A stretch of DNA of 63,996 nucleotides, the filler included, from Basidiobolus ranarum (lineage: Eukaryota), in the NCBI GenBank assembly GCA_040143965.1. It is 3 parts of 3 records of this genome, joined end to end, with 100 filler letters (N's around TTAATTAATTAA, not from the genome) between each part and the next. Parts side by side here need not be neighbours in the genome. Positions count along the whole stretch, not along the records: positions 47,208 to 63,996 come from JASJQH010000330.1; 2 more parts are not named here. One strand, 5' to 3'. Shown here piece by piece: positions 50,750-63,112 of the stretch (position 1 is the stretch's first letter; each line of letters begins with the position of its first letter). The notes under the pieces are model-generated. The model was not told where the DNA came from. It ran no database searches and saw nothing but the letters and a program-made list of their open reading frames with translations. Position numbers and translations under genes: made by a program.

Positions 50750-52268
50750 TTAATGAATGAAGTCTAAGTTGTCAGGTGCTTCGGTAGATAAATTTGCATT
50801 AGCTATGTACTCATCATTCCTATATAACATGGAATTAATATTAAGCCGTTGAAACATCCTTTTTAAAAACACTCTTACCAAAACTTGGTTAGATGTCTCT
50901 GTCCTGAATCGCAAAGAATGGTAACAATAGTATGACCAGGTCCTAACTTGCGAGCCATGCGAACGGCAGCCACACAGTTAACAGCTGAGGAGCTTCCAAT
51001 GAAAAGACCTAAAGAAAGGCATAGTTGGTTCGTACTATATCTCTGAGCGCGAGTTAATAGATAATGAATTACCGTCTTTGTTGACAAGATATCTGGACAT
51101 TGATACTGTCTCCTGATCAGTAACGCTAATGGCGTCATCTACCCAGGAGTTTCCATTGATCATGTTGAAATTCTGAGTCAAACGATTGATGCCAACTCCT
51201 TCCACTACGGTGTCAACCTGATGTCTCTTGCGAGTACCTTCAGCTTCTAAATGGGAGTAAAATGTGTTATGCTTGACTTTGTTGTAGAGGCCAGAACCCT
51301 GGGGATCTGATAGAACCACGAGGAGATCAGGAATGCGTGGCTTGAGATAGCGGGTAATGCCAGCGATAGTACCGCCGGTACCTGCACCAGCGATGAATAC
51401 ATCAATTTCTCCACCAGTCTGTTGATAGATCTCGGGTCCAGTGTGATTATAATGAGCTTCAAAATTCGACAGGTTCTCGAACTGATCAGCAAAGAATCCT
51501 TGTTTCTTACTTCCGGGACTATCTTTGCCGTATTCCATAGCTCTACGCTTTGCCAAATTCACAAAATGGTTTTTATCGACAATGCCGACGGGTCTAACCT
51601 TCTCTACTTCGGCACCCAGTCTTTCTAACAATTGGTACTTCTCCTGAGCTTGGTCGTCAGGCATCACAATATGGCATTTATACCCTTTAACCCTGGCTAT
51701 AGTTGCTAAAGAAATACCAGTAGAGCCTACAGTTCCCTCGAAAATACAAGAATCTGTGTTTGGAAATAATAAGGATTCTGATTCAGCATGCTCTAGCATA
51801 CTCAAAGCGACTCTATCCTTGGGACTTCCAGCAGGATTCAAAAACTAAGGAGTAGTTAGTGGGGATATGAATGAGAGGCGAGATTAAAGCCGGCTATAAT
51901 TCATATTATTGTAATTCTACATACTTCTGCTTTAGCCTATGAAATTAAGAAAGCGTGAGTTTTTGTTCCAAAGAGATAATATTTAGTATTGGTAGTCGTA
52001 GAAACTTTTTTTTTCTTTTTAAAACGTTGAAAACCAAATGTTGGAGCATATTTACCAGAATTTCACACCCGGTAGCTTCTGAAAGACTTTTAATTCTCAT
52101 TAATGGGGTGTTTCCAATTAAACCTTCAACACCATCTACTATATGTTTCTCCGCCTTTTTACTTTTCTTCGGGGTATTTCTGTGTGACCACAATTGAGTA
52201 GCTAACCATGTAGCACTCACACCTAATAAAAATCCCAAAATAATGGGAGAATCATTTCGGTTTGACAT
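50750..52268 (-). CDS. Cysteine synthase-like PLP enzyme with N-terminal membrane anchor (Mcy1/Cys12 type), multi-exon
   Basis: [25 protein letters not shown] (PLP lysine), [24 protein letters not shown] and [10 protein letters not shown]. Confidence 0.93.
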
Positions 52269-52799
52269 TGTAGAAATTCCTTACACTGTAAATAGTTGAA
52301 GTGAACAGTGCAAGCAAACTCACAAATTTGATGGTATGTTCAAAAAAAAAATTCACCAAAAGTGTGTTAAAATGACGTGATTAAGTGGATTTTATTTGTT
52401 GTTATCAATGAGTGAAGACTTGTCAAAAATTGATCATGTTGCTTTGCATCCATAGAATTAAGGTTTGCTTTGGATTAAACTGACTGTCACATGTATATCT
52501 CAAACACTCCTCAAAATTGTTGATCAGAATTGAACAGGCGCCACATATCTAATCGTTGTATCAACAACACCTAAAGACCTACCTTATTTCAAGCTAAATT
52601 GAATATATATCTGTGTGTGGAGAGATCCATTGATATATTTAGTATCAACCGGATATTCTAGTAAAATATCTCGGGAAAACAAGTCTCATCCAATCACTAG
52701 AGATCCACTACGTATAGTTGGCCTTGACAATCTTGGTGAGGAAGTTTGTTTATAACTGCGAAGGCTTGAGGTGGTTTTAGTGCTTTTCAAACTGCCGGT

Positions 52800-53915
52800 A
52801 TGGACGCTTACATTACGCTTATCACCAACGATGCCTACTCTCTGGGTGCTAGAGTACTAGCACAAACCCTCAGAGAATCGGCTACTTCTAAAAGAATTGT
52901 ATGTCTGTATACTCCAACCGTCACTCTTCCCGTTAGAAAGGAAATGAGTGTTTTCTTTGACGAACTTATTGCTGTTGAGCCGATAGACTCTAAGGACTCG
53001 GAAAACTTACACCTTCTGGGTCGTGCAGAACTTGGTATTACTTTTACCAAAATTCATCTTTGGCGACTGACCCAGTATCGAAAAATAGTTTTCCTGGATG
53101 CTGACACTCTACCCCTTCGCAACGTGGATGAACTTTTTGAACTCAAAGCAGATTTCTCTGCTTGCCCAGACGCTGGTTGGCCCGATTGTTTTAATTCTGG
53201 GGTTTTTGTATGTACTCCATCTCAAGAAACATACGAGGAATTGGTTCACTTAGCTGCAACTGAAGGTTCTTTTGATGGTAATTCAATCAATATCTTATGT
53301 AATACCCTGCTACCTGAAATACTCACTCTTTAAACACAGGTGGTGACCAAGGTCTATTGAACCTCTATTTCAACAACTGGAGTAGAATTTCGTTTACCTA
53401 TAACGTAACACCAAATGCTTTTTATAGGTATTTTGTTGTTTGATAACAGTTACTAATATAAGCATCTCTACTGACTATCCTACTCCACTTTGAAGTTATG
53501 CTCCAGCTTACAACCACTTTAGAAACAGTATCTCTATTGTTCATTTTATTGGTTCACATAAGCCATGGGGACTTCGTCGTTTCCAAGATGGGCAACCCAT
53601 GATACTTGGTAACGTGAATGAAGAATATGTCACCCTTGTTTCCAAATGGTGGGCAGCGTTCGATCGCTCCAAAGAATACTTACTCGAAAAATCGGTGCGT
53701 AAGCAATATTTTACATTTTCGGTGAAAACTAACCGTCTCAATTTTCTTTCCATATTTTGTGTTTTTAGATGCCTCAACATGTTTCAGATGAACAGCTTCA
53801 ACCCAACGTTACCCAGGTATCTGATTCTCAAGGAACTGGCATCGATCCACCACCACCACCTCCTCCTAAAAAGTCCAACTACTTGATGGACTTTGCCTGG
53901 CTTCGTAAACCTTAG
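52800..53915 (+). CDS. Glycogenin (glycosyltransferase family 8), 4 exons
   Basis: AYITL..ND.Y..GA, FTKIHLW, VFLDADTL, PDAGWPDCFNSGVFV, SFDGGDQGLLN, YAPAY and HFIGSHKPW. Confidence 0.93.
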
Positions 53916-54166
53916 AGTCAATAATCAACACCTGAACTTGATACCCGGTGGTTCTAATAACATAGACTATTTCTCAGATTTCTCAGCTTTTCTGTTGTAC
54001 AAGATATACCTCTAATGGAATTAAATTAATGCACTGATCCTTTTTCGATTCAGAAGCTGTTAGTTGAACACCTAAAATCCCTACCAATAAAATGGCTTAT
54101 GTTAGACAACAACTTTATAGCAGTCATTTAACCAAAAATACTCTACTATTTCCTGGGATTATCTAA

Positions 54167-54208
54167 CCAATCAAATAGGGATACGTGATCTTCGAGCCCT
54201 ATCACGTA
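54167..54208 (+). promoter_or_regulatory. Candidate ER-stress element: CCAAT-N9-ATACGTG plus an inverted TACGTGAT/ATCACGTA pair
   Basis: Lies 93-134 bp upstream of the ER cyclophilin ATG. TACGTG is the UPRE-2-type core, and the spacing equals ERSE (CCAAT-N9-CCACG). Confidence 0.45.
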
Positions 54209-54300
54209 ATGAATGACCAGTCCCGAATCAATTTTATGCAAGTTAAATGAAGCAACTGAATAATTCTTTCTCTAGTATCTTCATTTCCAACACAACGATA

Positions 54301-54994
54301 ATGGGTCTGTTTAAGAAATTTACTTTGGTTCTTGCTTTCTCGGTAGCTACCCTACTTATTTCCACTCCTCTTGTTGAGGCCAATCCTGCCATCACAAACA
54401 AGGTTTACTTTGATATCAAGGAGGGTGACAAGGACCTTGGTCGCATTGTTATCGGTTTGTATGGTGGTGTTGTTCCCAAGACTACCGAAAACTTCCGTGC
54501 CTTAGCTACCGGTGAGAAGGGATATGGTTATAAGGGATCCAAGTTCCACAGAGTCATCAAAGACTTCATGATCCAAGGTGGAGATTTTACCCGTGGTGAT
54601 GGTACCGGTGGTAAGTCCATCTACGGAGCCCGTTTCGAAGATGAGAACTTCGCCCTCAAGCACACTGGCCCAGGAATTTTGAGTATGGCTAATGCTGGTC
54701 CCGATACTAACGGCTCCCAATTTTTCATCACCACCGTTACAACCTCTTGGTTAGATGGTCGCCACGTTGGTTAGTTTTAATTCACATATTAACCACTTTT
54801 TTGAACTTTGTATTAACTTGATTATGTTAACAGTGTTCGGTGAAGTTGTCAGCGGTATGGAGACTGTTAAGAAGATTGAAGGCGTCAAGGTTAACTACTC
54901 TAGCAAGCCCAGTGTTGACATTGAGATTGTTGATTCTGGCGAACTTCCTGTTGAAGCAGCCGACAACCAGGCTGAACAAAAGGATGAACTCTAG
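54301..54994 (+). CDS. CPR5: ER cyclophilin B (peptidyl-prolyl isomerase); intron 54770-54833
   Basis: Signal peptide, [50 protein letters not shown] and a C-terminal KDEL. Confidence 0.95.
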
Positions 54995-55437
54995 ACTTTT
55001 AAAGTATTCAACTAGTTCGGCATTTTTTTTAGTTCATTTATTTTCATGTTAACGATAAACTCTTGCATACCAATGCTGCAATAAATCCTAAAAAATTGAC
55101 ATTGAATCTTCATTACTGTATTCCAATAGAAATCATATTCAACTAATGCACGTTACTGAACACCTGTATTTGATAATATGTTTGTCATAAGTGTTCATCA
55201 GCGACCAAGGTAACAATTATTTATTTACTCATGAATGGATGTGATGTTTGATTGGTTAGCCGAGGTGGTAAATAACACTTTCTGAAATACTGCCAAATCA
55301 ATGTTTTTTTCTAGATTACCGCAGTAATTGGATGTGCTATATATGCATTTATCCTCTGAATTCCAAACATTAAAAGTGAAGTTTCAAAACGTAACTACTT
55401 CTACTTGAGTGGGTATATCTATTGTGCTTTTTTTATC

Positions 55438-57017
55438 ATGGCAAGACTTACCTCTAGACCGAAAGATAGTGGTAAAAAACGTCTAGCTTTAGCAATAGAA
55501 TCGCCCAAGCGTATTGAAGGGGAGGACAAAGACAGCGATAACGATTTCACCAGCATCAGTTTACTTCAAAGACAAAACAATAAACAACGACTGTGCCTTA
55601 GTACTAAGCAGTTCGACAAAAATGGTAGTGCTGAAATGGGGAAATTACGGGCCGAAATTGAGTCATTGAAGGCAATTCTAGTAACCAAAAATGACGATAT
55701 CAATATACTCAACTCACAAGTAGACCAAGTGAAAAATAGTAATTTTCAAGTTCCTTTTGATTTTCTTTTAGTTCCTTCTATATATTAACCATGAGGTTTT
55801 GTTATTTTTAAGCTTTGACTTGTATTATTTGCGTAAGCCTATTCAACGAACCATACACAATTGAATGCGGTATAGTTTCAATTGCAATAACGCTCAGATA
55901 ATTCTTTGGAAACTTATCAATTCTATGATACTTAGGTCATACCTTTTGTTATGGTTGTATACGTCAGTGGTTAGAATTTAGAAAAGTCTGCCCTACTTGT
56001 CGACATGATGTCAAAAAAGAACCCATTCAAGCGTTAAGTCTTAGAGACCAGGCCAATATTCTCGGAGAAAAGGAAAAAAATGCCGTCTTGAAGCCTACGG
56101 ATACTACTGATATATGGGATGGTTTATTCACTTCCGTACCTGCGCCGACTCTTATTCAAGATACTGACGATGCTGTAAAGTACGATGTATTTCATACGTG
56201 ACTGTAACTTGATTTTTATCTAAATTCTTGTAAATTTAATAGTCGATGTGCACAATGTGGATGGGAAATTGTGGAAGGGATCTGTATTAATTGCGCGCAA
56301 CATTATTCCGGAGATGAAGCTGGAGTCATAGATAGTCAAGATGAATTTGATGCAGACTCACCTGAACCTGAACCTCGCAGACCACCTCCTCAGAGACCAG
56401 CAAATGGACAGAGAGCAAGGGCTCAACGTCGTAACCCTTTCATTCTAGATGAAGCAGAAGCCGATACACCCGACACTACACCTGGTCATTTTGATAATGA
56501 GCCTGACAATTATGAATTCGATTCATTCATTGTATCAGACTCTAGGTCACCATCAGTTTACTCCGATTCTGATGATGATATTGGATTTGTTCCAAACGGG
56601 CTGGAAACTAGTCCTGTTTATCGTAGATCCCGTAATGGTAGACCACGACGACAACTTCGACCTATTCCAAATCCATTTTCTGATATTATTCGGAGATATG
56701 CTCCACATTATGGCGAGAATACATCTCCTGCGACCCCAGATGATGTCTTTACTCGATCTAACCGAAGCTCTACTATATTGGCAGCATCTACTCCACAGTC
56801 ATGTATTGTTCTAAGTGATTGTGAAGACGATATTGAGGAGGAAGAGATTATTGCTGGTCAAAGTGATCAAGATATCGCCAGTGATATAGAAGATATCCAT
56901 AGTGATGATGCAAGTCAAGTTGTAGAAGAAAGTCCACATATTAGGAGAACTCTACGATCTCGTGGACCCAGTACTCGACAAAAGCTGGTCGCCCTTTCAC
57001 TGAGTGATAGCGAGTAA
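55438..57017 (+). CDS. C3HC4 RING E3 ligase with a second Cys4 motif and acidic disordered tail (Psh1-like), 4 exons
   Basis: Spliced RING: CIIC...PYTIECGHTFCYGCIRQWL...CPTCR. Followed by IQDTDDAV.RCAQCGWEIVEGICINC and an acidic tail with SIM-like segments (IVLSD, VALSLSDSE). Confidence 0.8.
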
Positions 57018-57500
57018 AGGACTGCTATTGTATTCTCTGACGATGAACGTTTTACAAGCGATTCGCATCTCAATCAGCTCATTGCATACACTACCTCAAT
57101 ATTTGTAGATACTTCGTAGGTGCATTACTCTCTTACTATCGACCTATCATGCACTAAAAATAAGCTCATAAACTGGTACAACACTTTTAACACAAATCTT
57201 TATCAACCCTTGAGAAGATGGATATGATAGTGATAATTTATACAACGAACCATTGAACCAATTAATAAGAATTGAATTTTAATCTCTATCGATCATCCCT
57301 ATGATAGATATTTGAAGAATGATGAAAAATAAACGAATATACATACACAAAAGAAAACACACTAAACAGATTGTATGATTGTTAACAATGAAAGAAGGCT
57401 CCACATCTATCAATATAAAAGCGCATATGAATTATTTCTATTTGTGCCACTGGAAATATCTAAGTTAAAGGGGTTGGTTGGGTTTGAGTCACAAGAGTGC

Positions 57501-57890
57501 TCAACATACAGCCTGGGAGTGAGAAATCCCCGAACTCAGATAGTTCGCTTCTGAGGTTTTAGCTGGTTCTTTGTACGATAATTTGGTTCCCATCGGTTGG
57601 GCTGAGGTAGTAGCATTAGAAGAGGGGAGATGCTCTACTGATGTGAAATCTGAAGGCCTACGAATGACATGCACAACTGTATCCAGGTTTGGCATAGTCA
57701 CAAACGAGAATACAATACCTTTACGTGGGTCATCTCTTGAAGGTGCACGAGTAGGGATTCCCTTACGACGATGTTGTTGTGGTGGTTTATTTTCAGTAGT
57801 AGCGTTTATCTTTGCAGACTTTCGAGCAGCTGTAGAGCGAGAGGTACTCGTTCTCTTGGTTTTTTTGGAAGTATTACGGCGTTTGGACAT
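57501..57890 (-). CDS. Small basic hypothetical protein (129 aa), likely nuclear
   Basis: ATG at 57890, K/R/S/T-rich N-terminus and an RRKGIPTRAP motif. No family recognised with confidence. Confidence 0.5.
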   Translation of the reverse strand: MSKRRNTSKKTKRTSTSRSTAARKSAKINATTENKPPQQHRRKGIPTRAPSRDDPRKGIVFSFVTMPNLDTVVHVIRRPSDFTSVEHLPSSNATTSAQPMGTKLSYKEPAKTSEANYLSSGISHSQAVC

Positions 57891-58630
57891 ATTGAGTTGA
57901 AAAGTACTATGGAATTTGTTCACAAAAAATTAACAAGAAAGCAAGTTTATAGAAAGGAACAGGTCAGAACGGGGAAGCAAATGCAGTGTTGGCTAAGGTG
58001 TAAACGCAACTTGCCTATATGTTAGTTTTTTTTATGCCTACGCGGTATACTTCTTTCATCCGGAACTAACGAAAATGATATCAGTAGAGATTGCTGGTTG
58101 GTTGAAAGCTAGGTTTAGTTATTTTTAAGATGTCATTATTGGACTGTTCACCGGATAAAAGCCCCACCGGTAATTCATCCGATCTGGTAATAAAATCACA
58201 ATTCGATATTACTCTCATATTTCCTGTTGACAGTTGCATCTCTCAAACTATAAATTTCATTTAGTGTGAATAAACGACTATCCTTGTATTCAAATCCAGA
58301 ATATCTGGTAGTTAAATTGTCGGAGCTAACGATAATCCAACAATGAAGCTAGTTTACAACTATTTACCGTTCCGCTCGGTGTTGGTATTGAGAGCATTTC
58401 CCGTGAGAAAATATCTTGCATCTTTTCGATATTTAGTCAGCTCACTTTACCTGTAACGATGCCACTCTATTTATCAGAATCTTTAGTTGGGATGATTATA
58501 TGCAATCATCAATTTATTTTATACAGAGGGTTTTATATTCAATTGAGATGGAGCTTGAGTTTTATATATATATGCTCACTGGGGAACGAAATAAGTTATT
58601 ATTCCATTTTCATTCCACCATAATTGCAAC

Positions 58631-59551
58631 ATGACGAAAACAGATAGTGTAGAACTTGACACCCAAGCTTTCAATAACGAACTGATGACTGTGGAATTTG
58701 TAAACGAAGAGAAGTTTGCTATCGTTTATATTCATCGTGCACCAGCCAATGCGTTTAGTTATGAACTACTTAAGGCGGTCACGAAAGTTTTCAAAAGAAT
58801 TGAAGAGGTTACCTCGATAAGAACCGTCATATTTGCTTCTAAAATTGAACGTTTTTTTTCTGCGGGTGTGGATCTGGAGGAGTTTAATCGAGTTGAAGAG
58901 TCTTGGTTAGAATATTGGAAAGCTTTACGTACGATGTTTATAACTATCTATGAATCAAGGTTGAACACCATCTCCGCAATCAATGGGTTTGCTATTGGCC
59001 TTGGATGTGCTTTAGCTTTAGGTATTGGTTTTGAAAATACTGCTATATTTTATGTCTCAACGATATCCTTAACATTTTCTCGTATAGCTTCTCAAGACCG
59101 TTATATGCTCAAGGGTAGAGGTACGATTGGAATCAACCCCGTCAATATTGGCATTCCAGTTCCAATTTGGATAATGCAGCGATATATTGAGCTAGTTGGT
59201 CAGAGGGTGAGTGAGAAGCTACTTACTCTGGGAGTATCCTTGAAAGCTACAGAAGCAAAGGACATCGGTCTAGTAGATGAGATATTCGATGATGAAAATG
59301 AAATGTTGGAAGCTTGTAAAGCACTTGCCCGTGCAAAACATCAGATATATGAAATAGCTCAGGTTGAAACTACTAGGCTCTTGAGGGAAACATTTGTTAA
59401 AACCTTTTATTCACAAGAAGAAGAGGACATGAAGAGAATGGCATATTTCGTTCAACTCCCCGAAATAAATCAGATAGTTCGTGAAAAACAGAAAGAGATT
59501 CAATCCAAAAAAGCCACCAAGTCGACACCCGGTAATCCCGTAGACTCGTAA
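58631..59551 (+). CDS. Crotonase-fold enoyl-CoA delta-isomerase-like protein; probable in-frame intron 59022-59087
   Basis: PANAF, FFSAGVDLEE, TISAINGFAIGLGCALAL and AKDIGLVDE. Removing the 66-nt gtattg...tatag intron restores normal spacing. Confidence 0.88.
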   Translation: MTKTDSVELDTQAFNNELMTVEFVNEEKFAIVYIHRAPANAFSYELLKAVTKVFKRIEEVTSIRTVIFASKIERFFSAGVDLEEFNRVEESWLEYWKALRTMFITIYESRLNTISAINGFAIGLGCALALGIGFENTAIFYVSTISLTFSRIASQDRYMLKGRGTIGINPVNIGIPVPIWIMQRYIELVGQRVSEKLLTLGVSLKATEAKDIGLVDEIFDDENEMLEACKALARAKHQIYEIAQVETTRLLRETFVKTFYSQEEEDMKRMAYFVQLPEINQIVREKQKEIQSKKATKSTPGNPVDS

Positions 59552-59802
59552 TCTCATTGAAACCAATAAACCAAGCATTCAGCATTCATCGATTAATTAA
59601 TCTATGCAACTACATTCTTTTTATTTATCAAAGGATTATAATCTCCATTGTCTACTCCATCAGATGGCAATTCTTAGTACGAGAAGGAAGAGAAGAAAGA
59701 GTCTGAAAGTTCGGTGAGAGTGTATGTATGTTGGGTAAGGATAACAGTAAGAAGGTTTAATTGGACTGCTTTGAAAATAATTAATTTACAAGTAAATTTT
59801 AT

Positions 59803-61911
59803 CTATTGCTGGATTCCCTTTTCCGGTTGAGCGGATTTGTCAAGGGTGAATTCAACGATGGCAACGCCGTTCTTGGCTTCCTTGATGCGTAGCCACCTAC
59901 CTAACTTATGTTCCTGTCCGACACCCGCAACTAGGTAAGCTTTGGTACTTGTCATGGAAATATCGTGGTTGAAGTTCAAAGCGTTGATAAAACCAGGCTG
60001 TGAAGATTCAAAAAGTTAATAAACAGTTCAGATAGAAAGAGTGCCTCGTCTCTTCACTTACCATAGCGATGGTAGTTAATGGCGCAAAGTTGCGAAGATT
60101 GCCACCCAACTTCCAGAGACGAATATGCCCATCCCAAGAACCTATCATAAAGTCAAACATTAGAGGTTGAGCTAAATCAAAAATATAACGTACAATGAGT
60201 TTTTACCAGTTGCAAACACATCGGAGTATTTGAGTGAAGCAATGGAGGTGATCCAGCGAGGAGTTTGGGATAGCTCATCGATTCCATGTGCAGTAGGAAG
60301 TGTGAAAATAGGCTTCTTCTTGGTGGTACTCCATAAAGAAATTGTACCAGAGTCAGAACCAGACAAGAAGGTCTCTTCATCGATGAGTGAGATGACGTCA
60401 ATGGAGCCCTCAACGAAGGATGATCCATTTCTGTCTTTCTTTCCACCTCCACCACGGAATACTAATTGAGTTTCATCTATAACCTTCCATAATCTCACGG
60501 TTCTATCACGTCCACCACAAGTAACACAGTTCTCACGAGAGAGGGTGTCGATGTCGGTAATGGTATCTTGATGACCGAATCTAGTGAATTCAAAGAATTT
60601 AGTATTGGCCCTCAGTATGTGGCTGGAGGTATGTATATATATACTTACAGAGTCTCTATGTAAGCTAACTCATCGATGTTCCATAACTTAATTGAACGAT
60701 CGTTTGAGCTGGAGTAGAGTTGGTTGGATCCTTTACGAAAAGCCAGTCCCTATAGATCATTCACATTAGTAGACGATTTAGAAGCCTACTCAGGTCATAC
60801 AAAAACTTACAGAGATAGTATCCTTGTGTTTCTTGAAAACTCCCAAATGAGTGTTCTCAGTAATTGACCAGATATTGATTGCCTTGTCTTTACCACCACT
60901 GGCCTATACAGGTAAGTAAAATCACAGGATGAGTCTAAAAGAAGATATTGGGAACCGTTGAAAGAGAAAAGGTTTTTACCAAATATTTTCCATCAGAACT
61001 AATGGCCAAACAAAGCACATGATCAGTATGACCAATGAATCCTTTGACGCCTTTTCTGCCACCGGGGAAGGTATGAACTTTTTTACCACTGGCAACATCC
61101 CCTAATTTGAAAATTAGTTACAAATAACAATACAAGGTTGCAGCATTCAATACTTACATTTGATGATTGAACCATCTTTAGAGCCGGTAAAGACAAACTT
61201 CTTATTGACCGTAATGGCAACACTGGTGACGGAAAGTTGATGACCACGTTGCTTGTGAATGGCGTTTTCTTGGACTGGCAAAACGAACTAGAAGGAATGT
61301 TAGGTCAGATACAAAAAAAATGAGAATAACAAAGTGTTTACCTGATGAGCCAGAGCACGATGTAATCTACCGCTAGCTTCCAACTAAATATATGGGACAG
61401 AATCATTAGTATGTGTAGTTGAGAAAATATATCAAGCTGTATCATACCGCATCTTGCTGAAGACGCTCAGAAATCAAATCCTTGTCTACATCAGCAGCAT
61501 CGAATTCGTCTTCATTACCTGCGTGAAGTGAAGAGTAAGTACTAATTATTTAACTAAAGGAAAGTGGATTCATAGAATCCCCGACTATAACTAAACTAAG
61601 GATAAATTTAATGAAAAGTAGGTCGAATATGATGTCGTACCGAAGTCATTTCGTAGATTGTCAATGTATTTCTTAGCAAGTCTTAATCTCTTCTCAGCCG
61701 GAGTCTCTTGAATCTCTTCCTCACTCTCTACCTCACTTCCCTGTAGGTCCATGTCATCAATACCACCGGGACCAAGTTCATCACCAGAAGCTTCATCGGA
61801 AGAAACACTCTTGGAATTCTTTGGTTTAGAATTACTATTATCGGAGGTTTGTTGACCGGTTCTCCTGCGCTTGCCGGAGGATTTTTTAGTAACAAAAAAC
61901 GAGTCCACCAT
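59803..61911 (-). CDS. RRP9: U3 snoRNP WD40 protein Rrp9/U3-55K, multi-exon
   Basis: ETPAEKRLRLAKKYI, YIETLFGHQD, GGRDRTVRLWKV.DETQLVFRG and AGVGQEHKLGRW. Confidence 0.95.
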
Positions 61912-63112
61912 GTTTGTTTTCTTTTACACTTTGACCGTTATATGAGAACTTGGTATACACGCTAATAACAAAGTGCTTTGAAAAACAAAACCACGTTACC
62001 AGTACAAGGTGAAAAAAGAAAAGTCTCGAAAAAGGAAATCAGTCAGAAAATTCATAAAAAAAAAAGAAAAATTTCTACCTTCATCAGCGTGGATTTTTTT
62101 CAGTAAATAATACTTTGATGTGACTACTGTTGAAATGCAACTTATGCACAATCTTAGACACGATGATGGTGGATTTTGATTAGCCTTTTATGGACAATTG
62201 AATGATGCAACAAAATCTTACCTATAGTTCACTGATAATCACTTGGACCCAAGCCTCATTGGCTAGTGAACAAAACTTGAGTACAACACGCCGCACGCGC
62301 GTCAATCCCAGCCCTTCTTCATCTCATACGGAGTTCCTTGGAATGGATCCTAACCCTAAGAATATACGACCCCTACCAGCGAACACTAAAGTCAATAATA
62401 TAGAAGTAACATGTAAACAACTTCGAGATCTACATGTGAACTGTAAAGACATAAAAGTTACACAACGACGCCGCGATCCATTCATTAGTAACTCTACGCC
62501 ACTGCTTTTTCCAAAACTAGGATGGGCCTTGCAGATAATTGGCTAAATGGTTACTTAAACAGTTTACTCTAGATTTTGGATAAATTGTCAAATAACCATA
62601 TCTGAGTCCGTTCTCCGAGTCGGTTCACTCTCGATCACTTATTTCTCGAAGATTTGAAAGCGGGGTGTCAAAATCTACAACGCGCGGTGAGGCCTTGATC
62701 ACCTCCACGCTGGAAAAGGTCTATTTTTAGCTCATATATATCTGACCAATGAGATACTCATGATTTATATTACCTTTGATCCACATTCAGACCTTGATTG
62801 GCTTAGACCATTAGTGCCAAATTCTATTTAAAATAGTTGCTCGCTAATATACCTTCATTCAGATAAGGTGTTCAATCTGATTCAATTAGGCATACAGTCA
62901 TCAATAACCCTTGAGTTGGTTGACAATTCTTGCTGAATACTAATTGGTTGATAATTCTTCCCCAGTCTTACCATCTTATCCTTCCCATACTTTCTTTTCT
63001 ACTTCTTGCCTTGTTCTTCTGCTGAAACGACTTTCACATATACCCGGTCGATATTATCGAAAACACACCGCTAGTTACTCTCTTCTTTAAACACATAGAG
63101 TAGATAGAGACT

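Noticed and set aside
62202..62546. 114-aa ORF upstream of RRP9
   Set aside because: No motif or compositional signal; probably a chance ORF in an intergenic region.
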